Positions 27,143 to 36,261 of a stretch of 64,000 nt of DNA are shown piece after piece. Within the stretch, counting starts at the first letter, position 1. Each line of letters opens with the position of its first letter. Where the stretch lies: NCBI GenBank assembly GCA_964487045.1, contig CAZAOT010000002.1:123740-187739 (forward strand), in the 5' to 3' direction. A program made the translations under genes and the position numbers. This DNA comes from an uncultured Candidatus Saccharibacteria bacterium. Lineage in GTDB: Bacteria; Patescibacteriota; UBA1384; DTJR01. The notes beneath the pieces are model-generated. The model did no database searches. It worked only from the letters and a program-made list of their open reading frames with translations, and was not told the DNA's origin.

Positions 27143-27144
27143 TT

Positions 27145-27339
27145 TTATCCTATTTTGCTAATTATCGTCTTAAATAACTCAAAAAGTAAATAATCGATCC
27201 CGCCTAAAGCCGCTGTTGCTATAACCAAAGAAACAACGACAATCATCGAATCTGTATATACCCTGTTTTTATTTGGCCAAGTTATTGCTTTACTTTCTAC
27301 AATAATCGACTTGAACCAGTTTGCGAGCTTTGTAAACAT
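27145..27339 (-). CDS. secE: Preprotein translocase subunit SecE
   Basis: E.K.ITWP motif plus one TM, directly upstream of nusG. Confidence 0.9.
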   Translation of the reverse strand: MFTKLANWFKSIIVESKAITWPNKNRVYTDSMIVVVSLVIATAALGGIDYLLFELFKTIISKIG

Positions 27340-27425
27340 AACAAAAATATAGGCTTTTTAACCGCTTATATCTTATACTTTTTTAGCCATTATGTCAATT
27401 GAGGTAATAGCTTCTCTCAAAGATA

Positions 27426-28517
27426 TTAGTCAAATGTCAGCGATTTTCGACGTAAATAAATGCTCTGAACTAATGCTAGCATTGTAGATGCTACGATAAC
27501 TGAAGTTCCGCCATGAGAAAAAAGTGGGAGGGGAATTCCTGTTACTGGCATTAAACCAATATTCATGCCAATATTTACAATAACCTGAAATAAAAACATC
27601 CCAGCAACCATCATCGTAAATATATAGCCGAAACGATCGCGGGCAGTTTGAGCTATCGAAAATAGCCTGAAAATTAGAAAGCAATAAACAGTTACAAGTA
27701 TTGTTGATCCTATAAATCCAGTTGCCTCTGCCCAACCAGAAAATATAAAGTCCACATGAGCTACGGGCAAAAATTGAAGCTGACTTTGAGTAGCTCCAGA
27801 GAATCCCTTACCATAAAGGCCACCAGAGCCAACAGTAATTTTTGATTGGCTCACATTGTACCCTGACCCACGAGGATCTGCTTCAGGATTTAGAAAAGTA
27901 GTAATTCTAGTTTTTTGATAAGGCTTAAGATTCGTCCAAACTATTGGCGAGAGGGCAAGGGCAGCGGCAATAAATACTAAATATACTTTGTATGGTATCT
28001 TGATTGCTAAAAGACAAGTTAAAAATGAAGCTAGAACAACGAGCGTAGTTCCAAGGTCAGGTTCTTTTAAAATTAAAAAAACTGGAATAATAGTGAGCAA
28101 AATAAATGTAGCGAGTTTTTTCCATTCGAATTTCTGAATATCACTAAAAAATGATGCAGCAAAAATTGCATAAAGAATTTTCATCAATTCCGAAGGCTGA
28201 AATTGAAAAAATCCCAAACTTATCCACCTGGTTGAGCCAAAGATTGATTGGCCAAATACCTCAACAAGAATGAGCAAAAATATTCCCAAGAAATATCCAT
28301 ACCAAGCGATTTGTTTTAGTAGCCTATAGTCCATTGCGGAAATAAATATGTAGATTACGATCGATAGAGCAAAATAAATTATTTGATCGTATACTAATGA
28401 AAAACGTCCACTAATTGAAGTAATACTATAAAGGGTTGCAAGACTACCACATGCAAGAATAATTGGAAGCAATACTAGCCACCAGTCAAATAATAATTTA
28501 AGTTTTCTAGTCTTCAT
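27426..28517 (-). CDS. rodA: SEDS peptidoglycan polymerase RodA
   Basis: RWI..FQPSE, EPDLGT, GSGGLYGKG and GIPLPLFSHGGTS motifs. Confidence 0.93.
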   Translation of the reverse strand: MKTRKLKLLFDWWLVLLPIILACGSLATLYSITSISGRFSLVYDQIIYFALSIVIYIFISAMDYRLLKQIAWYGYFLGIFLLILVEVFGQSIFGSTRWISLGFFQFQPSELMKILYAIFAASFFSDIQKFEWKKLATFILLTIIPVFLILKEPDLGTTLVVLASFLTCLLAIKIPYKVYLVFIAAALALSPIVWTNLKPYQKTRITTFLNPEADPRGSGYNVSQSKITVGSGGLYGKGFSGATQSQLQFLPVAHVDFIFSGWAEATGFIGSTILVTVYCFLIFRLFSIAQTARDRFGYIFTMMVAGMFLFQVIVNIGMNIGLMPVTGIPLPLFSHGGTSVIVASTMLALVQSIYLRRKSLTFD

Positions 28518-31468
28518 TGGGCGATATTAAAGTAGAGCACTCCTTTTGATATTTCAAGTTGTGCCTCCCCTTTTTCGCCGAGAGTTAAATTTTCTAAATT
28601 GGTTGCTTGTTTGATCTGTTCAAGATTAGATCCTACAAACTTGGTCGCCGCTTCGTCACCCGCGTAAATCATTTCTATTTTTGCATTTGGCTTTAGCCCC
28701 GATTTTTTACGTAAATCTTGAATCAGCCTTGTCACTTCCCTTAGATCACCAAGACCCTGCAAGCGATCATCAATCATAGTTTCAATTGTAACTTTTATGT
28801 CTCTATTCTGAGCTGACTCTGGCTTTTCAATGTTGGATTCTGATAATACACTTTTTTCTATATTCAGTTCAGCAAGAATGATTTGGGAAATTTGATCTGA
28901 AAAATTTCCAAAATCCTGATTATAATAAATCTTCGATAGAGGCTGACGGACTTTAAGTGAACTTTTCTGCCTCAGACTATGGCCCATTTCAACTATATCG
29001 CGAGCCTTTTGAGTTGCTAACTCTACGTCGGCGTTAATAAACTGCTCATTGACTTTTGGCCAACTCGCAAGATGGACACTATCTTCGTCGGCTGCAGTTT
29101 TGATTTCTTGCCAAATAGCTTCAGCAATAAAAGGAGTAAGTGGAGCAATTATCAGAGAAACTTTTCGAAGAATGTAAATCAAAACTGCCATGGCAGTCTC
29201 ACGATCGTTTGCAGACTCACTTCTGAATCTTTCCCTACTTCTTCTTACCCACCATAGCGATATGTCATCAATTAGCGATCTGATTTCCCTTGCAACCTTG
29301 ACTGTGGAGTATTCCTTGTAATATTTTTCAACTGACTTATTTGAATTTTCTACTCTTGAAAGAATGTATTCATCGATCAATTCGAGCTTAGCTTCTTCAA
29401 TACTTATAGGACTTATCTCATCTTTATAAATCTGATAAAAACTAAGCACATTATATAAAGTGTTAATTACTTTATTATAAATTTCTCGAAGATCTTTTTC
29501 GTTGAAGAAAAGATTATCTGCTTGCATAACAACCGAGCCCATTAAATAAAATCTAAGAGCATCAGATCCATATTGGTCTATAACCTCCCAAGGATCAGGA
29601 TAATTCTTCTTACTCTTAGAGAGCTTCTCTCCTTTGTCTGACAAAATAGTTCCTGTGGCTACTACATTTTGATATGAAACATCATCAAAAAGTAAAGTTG
29701 AGATAACATGCATATAGTAAAACCACGCTCGTGTCTGTGCTATGTACTCTCCTATAAACTGGGCTGGGTACCTAGATTCAAACTTGTCCTTGTTCTGAAA
29801 TGGATAATGCCACTCGGCAAAAGGCATCGAACCAGACTCAACCCAGCAGTCTATAACCTCTGGAATTCGATGCATATCTGAAGAACATTTAGGACAATTC
29901 AAAATTACTTCATCTATATATGGCCTATGCAAATCGATTTTAGATACATCGTCTGTGTCATATACTTGTGAAAAATTCTTGGCATTCTCCTTAAGTTCAG
30001 CTACCGATCCAACACATAAGACTTCCAAGCAGTCCTTGTTATCACACTTAAAAAAAGGAAGAGCAGTTGCCCAATATCTATTTCTGGAGATATTCCAGTC
30101 AGGAGCTGTTTCTAAAATATTTAAGAACCTTCCTTCTTTGAGATATTCGGGATACCAATTAATTTTGCCGTTTAATTCAATTAGTCTATTCTTAATCTTT
30201 TGGATATTTATAAACCAAGCGGAGATAGCATTGTAAATCAGTGGGCTCTCGCATCGCCAACAATGTGGGTAAGAATGCTTATAAGGCATTACTTCAAAAA
30301 CCAAGCCACGTTTTGATAGGTCTTCGAGAATGACTTCTTCTGCATCCTTAATAAACTTACCTTTTAAAAACTCCGGCGCTTCTAGGTTGTAGTGCCCCGA
30401 AGAATCAAGAAGTGGAACCTGCGGCAAATCCAGCTCCATACCAAGCGCGAAGTCATCTTCCCCATAAATTACAGCTGTATGAACAACGCCGGTACCATCC
30501 TCGGTTGTGACAAAGTCTGCCGATGCCACATACCAAGCTTTGTTTCCAGAATTTTTGACTGCTTCAATTTCATAAAGTGGTTCATACTCTAGGCCCTCGA
30601 GATCACTTCCTTTAATTCTTGAGTGAACAATTTCAGTTTCCTTATCCTTAAAATTTTTCTCAATTAGCTCTGATGCCGAAATGAGTAGCCCCTCTTCTCC
30701 TTTTATCCTCAGTGCAGTGTATTCAATATTTTTTCCAACTGCTAGTGCGACATTACCTGGCAATGTCCAAGGAGTTGTCGTCCAAGCTAAGATATAAGCG
30801 CTATCTCCTGTCGTATAATTTCCAAATTTCTGCCCAGATTTTAATTTAAATTTCGCTATAACAGATTTTTCGGTAACATCTCTATAGCTATTGTCCATTT
30901 GAATCTCAGCATTTGATACAGGGGTTTCGCATCTTGGGCAATACATCAATACTTTCCTGCCTTCGTATATCAATCCTTTGTCCCAGGCTGACTTCAAAGC
31001 CCACCAGACACTTTCCATATAGGCCCCGTCCATTGTTTTGTATGAATCTTCAAACTCTACCCAGCGACCAATTCGATCAACCATTTCTTGCCACTTTGAA
31101 GCGTAACCTAGAACCATCGATCTAGCTGTTTCGTTAAAAACCTTAACGCCTTTTTCTTCAATTTGTTTTTTACCTGAAATGCCGAGTTCTTTCTCGACTA
31201 GAGTTTCTATTGGCAATCCATGACAATCCCAGCCCCATCGCCTACGAACGCGCTTGCCTTGCATAGTCCAGAAACGGGGGAAAAGATCCTTGGTAACTGA
31301 AGATAAAATATGACCATAATGTGGAAGACCAGTCGCAAAAGGAGGACCATCGTAAAAAACATAAGGGGCGTTCTCATCTCGCTCTTCAATAGATCTAGAA
31401 AAAATGTTGTTTTTCTTCCAAAAATCTACGATCCCCTCTTCTTTTAGCGCGTACTTATTTTTTTCCAT
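28514..31468 (-). CDS. ileS: Isoleucine-tRNA ligase, type 2
   Basis: DGPPFATGLPHYGH, GWDCHGLP, WTTTPWTLP, DWNISRNRYW and KLSKS motifs. Confidence 0.98.
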   Translation of the reverse strand: MEKNKYALKEEGIVDFWKKNNIFSRSIEERDENAPYVFYDGPPFATGLPHYGHILSSVTKDLFPRFWTMQGKRVRRRWGWDCHGLPIETLVEKELGISGKKQIEEKGVKVFNETARSMVLGYASKWQEMVDRIGRWVEFEDSYKTMDGAYMESVWWALKSAWDKGLIYEGRKVLMYCPRCETPVSNAEIQMDNSYRDVTEKSVIAKFKLKSGQKFGNYTTGDSAYILAWTTTPWTLPGNVALAVGKNIEYTALRIKGEEGLLISASELIEKNFKDKETEIVHSRIKGSDLEGLEYEPLYEIEAVKNSGNKAWYVASADFVTTEDGTGVVHTAVIYGEDDFALGMELDLPQVPLLDSSGHYNLEAPEFLKGKFIKDAEEVILEDLSKRGLVFEVMPYKHSYPHCWRCESPLIYNAISAWFINIQKIKNRLIELNGKINWYPEYLKEGRFLNILETAPDWNISRNRYWATALPFFKCDNKDCLEVLCVGSVAELKENAKNFSQVYDTDDVSKIDLHRPYIDEVILNCPKCSSDMHRIPEVIDCWVESGSMPFAEWHYPFQNKDKFESRYPAQFIGEYIAQTRAWFYYMHVISTLLFDDVSYQNVVATGTILSDKGEKLSKSKKNYPDPWEVIDQYGSDALRFYLMGSVVMQADNLFFNEKDLREIYNKVINTLYNVLSFYQIYKDEISPISIEEAKLELIDEYILSRVENSNKSVEKYYKEYSTVKVAREIRSLIDDISLWWVRRSRERFRSESANDRETAMAVLIYILRKVSLIIAPLTPFIAEAIWQEIKTAADEDSVHLASWPKVNEQFINADVELATQKARDIVEMGHSLRQKSSLKVRQPLSKIYYNQDFGNFSDQISQIILAELNIEKSVLSESNIEKPESAQNRDIKVTIETMIDDRLQGLGDLREVTRLIQDLRKKSGLKPNAKIEMIYAGDEAATKFVGSNLEQIKQATNLENLTLGEKGEAQLEISKGVLYFNIAQ

Positions 31469-31667
31469 TATTTATAAAATGAATTTATCTCAATTAATCG
31501 GTCCAGTTAGCTTCCTTTCTGCAAAACCGACTACGTCGCGTTATTGCAGAAGCGTCACCTACTGGACGCACCTGTCTTCACTCGCTGGCGAAGCCAGCTC
31601 CTTCAACATGTGGCAGGCCCTAGAGGAGTCGTCCCTCACCCTTATCGCTTTATTTTATAATTCAATT

Positions 31668-31743
31668 TGGCAGGAGAGGCGGGACTCGAACCCACAACCG
31701 CTGGTTTTGGAGACCAGTGCTCTACCAATTAAGCTACTCTCCT
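31668..31743 (-). tRNA. tRNA-Trp(CCA)
   Basis: Cloverleaf AGGAGAG...CTGGT-CTCCAAA-ACCAG...TTCGAGT...CTCTCCTGCCA. Confidence 0.97.
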
Positions 31744-31840
31744 ATCTTGATTAATATAACACGTAAGGGTGAGGGATTGGAGACCACCATTATACCGTTT
31801 AACCAAGGGCCTAAACCCGCTCGATGAGCGGAATTTTAAG

Positions 31841-32008
31841 TTACTTCGATTCTTTGTGCTGCGTATGTTCTTTACACTTTTGGCAGAATTTCTTCAAATC
31901 AAGTTTTGTTATTGGCTGCACGTTGAGTCTACTAGTGACGTAGTTTCTTCTGCCACACTTCGTACATTCCAATACTAGATTACTTAATCTTGTACCTTTT
32001 TTAGCCAT
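31841..32008 (-). CDS. rpmG: Ribosomal protein bL33 (zinc-binding type)
   Basis: Manual translation MAKKGTRLSNLVLECTKCGRRNYVTSRLNVQPITKLDLKKFCQKCKEHTQHKESK. Too short for the ORF track. Confidence 0.95.
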   Translation of the reverse strand: MAKKGTRLSNLVLECTKCGRRNYVTSRLNVQPITKLDLKKFCQKCKEHTQHKESK

Positions 32009-32009
32009 T

Positions 32010-32228
32010 TTATTTATGTCCTTTCATAACTTTAACAACAATTAACAAGAATCCAATAATAAAAAATATTCCTCCGATAATAGCAACCGTGACTGAAGAT
32101 GATATCCTTGAGACTTCAACGGTATCGGCTTGAGCTAAAAAGTTTGGATTTACAGATTGAGTCAAACTAACTAGCCCTATAAGCAGAAGTATCGCTCCGG
32201 TTGTGTACGATAGTAATATTTTTTTCAT
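32010..32228 (-). CDS. Small two-TM hypothetical protein
   Basis: Two hydrophobic helices. Start taken at MKKILL, since the longer start overlaps the tRNA. Confidence 0.65.
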   Translation of the reverse strand: MKKILLSYTTGAILLLIGLVSLTQSVNPNFLAQADTVEVSRISSSVTVAIIGGIFFIIGFLLIVVKVMKGHK

Positions 32229-32254
32229 TTTTCTCTTTTCATTAAATGAGCAAA

Positions 32255-32329
32255 TGGAGCCCACGAGCAGATTTGAACTGCTGACCTACTCCTTACCATG
32301 GAGTTGCTCTACCACTGAGCTACGTGGGC
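32255..32329 (-). tRNA. tRNA-Thr(GGT)
   Basis: GCCCACG...ACTCC-ATGGTAA-GGAGT...TTCAAAT...CGTGGGCTCCA. Confidence 0.96.
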
Positions 32330-32444
32330 TTGATAAGTCCAACTTCGGCAAGCCTACGCTGGACAAACTTCCAAACAACCTCGCTACTCTACATTTCTTT
32401 ACTCATTAATGGCTCGCCAAGCGAAGCTCTTTTGGAGCGAAGTT

Positions 32445-32531
32445 TGGTGCCGGGTGAAGGATTCGAACCTCCGTAGCCGCAAGGGCGTCAGATTTACAGT
32501 CTGATGCAATTGACCGCTCTGCCAACCCGGC
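32445..32531 (-). tRNA. tRNA-Tyr(GTA)
   Basis: TCAGA-CTGTAAA-TCTGA anticodon arm, long variable arm, CCA end. Confidence 0.96.
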
Positions 32532-32546
32532 ACATAGCAATATTTT

Positions 32547-32567
32547 TGGAGCCAGCGAAGGGATTTG
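32547..32567 (-). repeat. 21-bp direct repeat of the tRNA-Thr(TGT) 3' end
   Basis: TGGAGCCAGCGAAGGGATTTG at both 32547 and 32692. Confidence 0.9.
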
Positions 32568-32691
32568 GTCACCGATCAAAATCTGCTGATTTTGTCGTCG
32601 ACCCCGACTCGCGCCCGTCGGCGCTCCGTCATTCAAGTCCCTTAGTCTCCAAATCTTTGTTCGCTCGGGCTACGCCCGAATCGAACGAATC

Positions 32692-32766
32692 TGGAGCCAG
32701 CGAAGGGATTTGAACCCCCGACCTTCACTTTACAAAAGTGTTGCTCTACCACTGAGCTACGCTGGC
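32692..32766 (-). tRNA. tRNA-Thr(TGT)
   Basis: GCCAGCG...CACT-TTTGTAA-AGTG...TTCAAAT...CGCTGGCTCCA. Confidence 0.93.
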
Positions 32767-32785
32767 AAACACAGATTAACAGAGC

Positions 32786-32858
32786 CTTGCCCCGCATAAT
32801 CCGCTCTGAGTCAGAATAGAATGTAATTCATTTGACCAGAAGGATTTATGTGGGATAT
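32786..32858. repeat. Hairpin element, family D, copy 2
   Basis: Left end identical to 2597-2613. Imperfect inverted right end GGATTTATGTGGG. Confidence 0.65.
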
Positions 32859-32946
32859 ATCGGCATTGAAAATGACATCGAACCCAAATAGTCAGATGAC
32901 TATGATGATAGTACCAGAAATTCTTCCTTGACTCAAGACTAGAGAA

Positions 32947-33468
32947 CTAAAAAGGTTTAACTCTTAATTGATCAAGCCATTTCTTATATTTTTTGTTTTT
33001 AGGGTCGAGTCTTAAAGCTTTTCTGGCATTTATAATCGCTTCTTTCTTATTCCCCTCAGAATTATAAGCATAGGAAAGATTAAAATTATTAGCAGCACTA
33101 TTCGGATTTAGCCTAATTGCTTCATTTAAGGAATCGATCGCATCTTGAAAGTTTTTTTGATCAAGATAAATGACCGCAAGTCGGGAAAAGATCGTACTAT
33201 TTTTCGGATTCTTCTTTACCGCCTCGATATACCATTTTTCAGCTGAAATATACTGCTTTTTCTTAAAGAGCTCCTCTGCTTTACTGAAATTTTCTTCTTC
33301 TTGCTCGAATGGATTTATCTCTCTCGGGCTTTCATCAAGTGAAGGCATTGATTCTGTCTGGATCTGCTTTTTAAGTTCAACGTTATTTTCAATTAAATAT
33401 GCTCTTCTATAAATAATTACAAAACCCACTACCAGAAGTCCTAAGATTATTGCGGGATAAATGATCAT
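32947..33468 (-). CDS. Membrane-anchored TPR protein
   Basis: N-terminal TM and about three TPR repeats (A..LNP pattern). Confidence 0.88.
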   Translation of the reverse strand: MIIYPAIILGLLVVGFVIIYRRAYLIENNVELKKQIQTESMPSLDESPREINPFEQEEENFSKAEELFKKKQYISAEKWYIEAVKKNPKNSTIFSRLAVIYLDQKNFQDAIDSLNEAIRLNPNSAANNFNLSYAYNSEGNKKEAIINARKALRLDPKNKKYKKWLDQLRVKPF

Positions 33469-34118
33469 GTTTTATTAAAAAGATATATCTCTTCAGCTAA
33501 TAATTTAAAATTTACGTTCGTGCTGCTAATCTTACTAAGAGCCGAAACCATTAATTTATATATTTCTAAATCTTTCTTATTTAACAGGTTTTCTCTACTT
33601 TCTTCAATACCCTGTAAAAGCAACTTTGTAAAGCTTGGCCGATCCATTTTGGAGACAACTGAGGAGAATTCAAAAAAAGAGCCACTAAGTAACCTGGAAA
33701 ATATAAGTTCACTTTCGTGAACTTTATTGCTTTCCGGTAGAACATATTTTTTCGCTCTAGAACGAATAGTTGGAGTCACCATCGACAAATTTTTGGCAAA
33801 TAGAATGATTTTTAGATATTGCGGTGGCTCTTCAATCAATTTTAGAAGAGTATTAGCCTGTTCAATACTCAAATTATCACTTTCCAATATATAAAATAAT
33901 TTAACTTCAGAAGAAAGAGGCTTGGAATATAAATCCGCCACCTTCGTCCTTAGTATCTCAATTCCCTCACTACTATCGAAACTAACAACTGACTCAGCCG
34001 GCAATTTCAATATTGATAGAATATTATCCAATACGAGCTCAAACGACTGGCAGATAACGAGAACTGGCTGACTACTTGAAATTATGTCTTTGATCAAGAT
34101 TGGTTCTTTTGCTATCAT
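33465..34118 (-). CDS. DNA polymerase III delta-prime-like subunit (short)
   Basis: QANTLLKLIEEPP and PTIRSR motifs of HolB. No Walker A or Zn module. Confidence 0.85.
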   Translation of the reverse strand: MIAKEPILIKDIISSSQPVLVICQSFELVLDNILSILKLPAESVVSFDSSEGIEILRTKVADLYSKPLSSEVKLFYILESDNLSIEQANTLLKLIEEPPQYLKIILFAKNLSMVTPTIRSRAKKYVLPESNKVHESELIFSRLLSGSFFEFSSVVSKMDRPSFTKLLLQGIEESRENLLNKKDLEIYKLMVSALSKISSTNVNFKLLAEEIYLFNKT

Positions 34119-34148
34119 AGGACTAAATATATTATAAGAAGGTATAAG

Positions 34149-34463
34149 ATGGAAGAGGCAGAATTAATAGACCGCAATCTAACCTGCAAGACTTGCCAAA
34201 AAGACTTTGCTTGGTCTAAACAAGAGCAGAAATACTATGCCAAGAAAGGTTTCAAGAAACAACCCCAAAAATGTACCGCCTGCCGAGATAAAGCAAATAA
34301 GCTTAGGGGCGAGAATATGTTTTATATTCATTGCGGAATATGTGAAAAGGATGCAGTGATGATTGCGCCACCACCAAAAGACAGGGTAGCAATTTGTTCA
34401 AACTGCTACCAATCTTTTGTAGATCAGGCCAAAAAAGAGAAAACAGCTGAAGCAATCGCTTAA
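34149..34463 (+). CDS. Double zinc-ribbon protein
   Basis: DRNLTCKTC..F.W...EQ.YY..KGF...P..C..CR plus a second CxxC-x17-CxxC unit. Confidence 0.85.
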   Translation: MEEAELIDRNLTCKTCQKDFAWSKQEQKYYAKKGFKKQPQKCTACRDKANKLRGENMFYIHCGICEKDAVMIAPPPKDRVAICSNCYQSFVDQAKKEKTAEAIA

Positions 34464-34663
34464 GCGCTGATCGAGACTTTTTTCTTCTTGAGAGTTCTGA
34501 AGCAATTTTGACAAAAAAACAGGCCAGATTTCTTTTGCAAATTAGGCTTAACAACCCTTTTTGTTTTATGCAAAGAATGCGGTCTGTTGAGGCTCATAGT
34601 ATCGCCTTTGCCGCATAGATAACAGAATTTTCCTGAAATGTGTTTGGTTTCTACTTTTGACAT
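34460..34663 (-). CDS. rpmB: Ribosomal protein bL28
   Basis: CYLCGKG..NRPHSLHKTKRVVKPNLQK..CQNCFRTL. Confidence 0.88.
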   Translation of the reverse strand: MSKVETKHISGKFCYLCGKGDTMSLNRPHSLHKTKRVVKPNLQKKSGLFFCQNCFRTLKKKKVSISA

Positions 34664-34737
34664 CTGAAATACTCTTTATTAAACTTAATACGTTTGAAAT
34701 AATATCAAAATAAATCAGAAAGATCAAGTAAAAAAAT

Positions 34738-35355
34738 ATGGATTTCGAATATAGCTCATTTATCATTCTATCGTTTATCGCCTTCTTGTTTTCGCTTTCG
34801 ATTCATGAAGCAGCTCATTCCTTTATCGCCAATAAGCTGGGTGACCCAACCAGCAAGTATGACGGCCGACTTAGTCTAAACCCACTCTCACATATAGATA
34901 TTTATGGGACCATCATCGTCCCAATGATTTTAATAATTTCACAAGTACCAGCATTCGGTTGGGCTAAACCAGTAATGGTAGATATAAGAAACTTTAAAAA
35001 CCCCCCAAGAGATAATTTCTTCACCGCCTTAGCCGGTCCCCTTGCCAATCTCGCCTTTGCGCTAATTCTTTATATTATTATCAGGATTGTCGGAATTGAT
35101 TTATTGCGAGACAGTTTTTTCGGAATTATGCTTATATATTTTTCGAAAATAAATATTGTTCTTGCTATCTTCAACCTAACCCCAATACCTCCGTTCGATG
35201 GAGGCAAAATCTGGCACCTTCTTCTAGGGACCGATCGCTATCTCACCCTAGAATCAATGAGCTATTACTTCCTGATAATATTGTTTATTCTTTATTTCTT
35301 CTTTAGCATTAATATCTTCTTTTTGAGCGACCTATTAATAAAGACAATCTTTTAA
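34738..35355 (+). CDS. Site-2 protease, M50 family
   Basis: HEAAH, GDPT, AGPLAN and FNLTPIPPFDG motifs. Confidence 0.95.
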   Translation: MDFEYSSFIILSFIAFLFSLSIHEAAHSFIANKLGDPTSKYDGRLSLNPLSHIDIYGTIIVPMILIISQVPAFGWAKPVMVDIRNFKNPPRDNFFTALAGPLANLAFALILYIIIRIVGIDLLRDSFFGIMLIYFSKINIVLAIFNLTPIPPFDGGKIWHLLLGTDRYLTLESMSYYFLIILFILYFFFSINIFFLSDLLIKTIF

Positions 35356-35375
35356 TTTGTGATAGACTGAAGCTG

Positions 35376-35507
35376 TCCCCTATGAAAATGATGCATAATT
35401 GTTTCAACAATTTGATATATGGGAGGGCAAATCTACTTGGTCCGTGGACCAAGTATGAGCCCACCCACCTCGTTTAAGAGGAACAAATCATCATCACCCA
35501 TAGGGGA
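35376..35507 (+). ncRNA. ssrS: 6S RNA (compact)
   Basis: Rod of TCCCCTATG/CATAGGGGA, ATGATG/CATCAT and TTGTTTC/GGAACAA, then a central bubble, then TGGGAGGGC/GCCCACCCA and a terminal TACTTGGTCC/GGACCAAGTA hairpin. TTTGA..GGGAG and CCCACC next to the bubble resemble Firmicutes-type 6S. Confidence 0.75.
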
Positions 35508-35712
35508 TTTTAAATATGGATAAAAATAATTTAAATAAATTTAGACAGGTAGGAAAAATATTTTCAAGTGTATCGACAATCGCTCAAAACCAACGAAATC
35601 CTGGATATTTTACAACTTTCTTTTTATTCTATGGCTCTGGTGGGTAAAAATTTCAAAACGAGACTTTTCAGAATCAGCAAAACAAGCAGACGTAATACTG
35701 AGAAAATTCGAT

Positions 35713-36186
35713 TTGTCAGGTAACTTAATTGATATTGCGGGAGGATCGGGGTGGATGAGTAAATATTGGAAACCGCTGTCACCCACAGACTACTACACAA
35801 TTGCTGACCCGTTATTTAGAAAAGATTTGGAATCAAGGCAAGCATACAAAGATGGAAGATTATTATTTTATGAGTGTTTTGCAGAAGATTTACCTTTCAA
35901 GGCTGGGCAATATGATACAGCGATAATCGCTGCTTCAATCGACCATTTGAGCGACCCCCTAAAAGCCGTCAAAGAAACCTCTAGAGTATTAAAACGAGAT
36001 GGCCATCTACTGATAGTCCAAAAAATCTGTGAAGATAAGATATCTTACACAATTGGACACGCAAAAACATACGATTTAGAACAAATAAAAGAATTGACCA
36101 AAGGTCACTTCAAAATCAAAAATGTAATCCTTTCACAAGATAAAAAAGTAGTGTATATTTGGGCAGTTAATAGAAGCGGGGCGTAG
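35713..36186 (+). CDS. Class I SAM-dependent methyltransferase
   Basis: LIDIAGGSG, AEDLPF..YD, DHL.DP..RVLK..G. The frame is open from 35545, so the true start is uncertain. Confidence 0.8.
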   Translation: MSGNLIDIAGGSGWMSKYWKPLSPTDYYTIADPLFRKDLESRQAYKDGRLLFYECFAEDLPFKAGQYDTAIIAASIDHLSDPLKAVKETSRVLKRDGHLLIVQKICEDKISYTIGHAKTYDLEQIKELTKGHFKIKNVILSQDKKVVYIWAVNRSGA

Positions 36187-36252
36187 CACAGTTGGTAGTG
36201 CGCAGGGCTGGGGGTCCTGAGGTCGCGAGTTCGAGTCTCGCCGCTCCGACCA
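36177..36252 (+). tRNA. tRNA-Pro(GGG)
   Basis: CGGGGCG...CAGGG-CTGGGGG-TCCTG...TTCGAGT...CGCTCCGACCA. Confidence 0.95.
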
Positions 36253-36261
36253 AAATATTCA

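Noticed and set aside
32547-32712. Prophage or genomic island at tRNA-Thr
   Set aside because: The direct repeats are only 145 bp apart and there is no integrase. Kept only as a mini-element finding.
32406-32713. ORFs 32406..32636 and 32504..32713
   Set aside because: They run through tRNA genes and the hairpin spacer.
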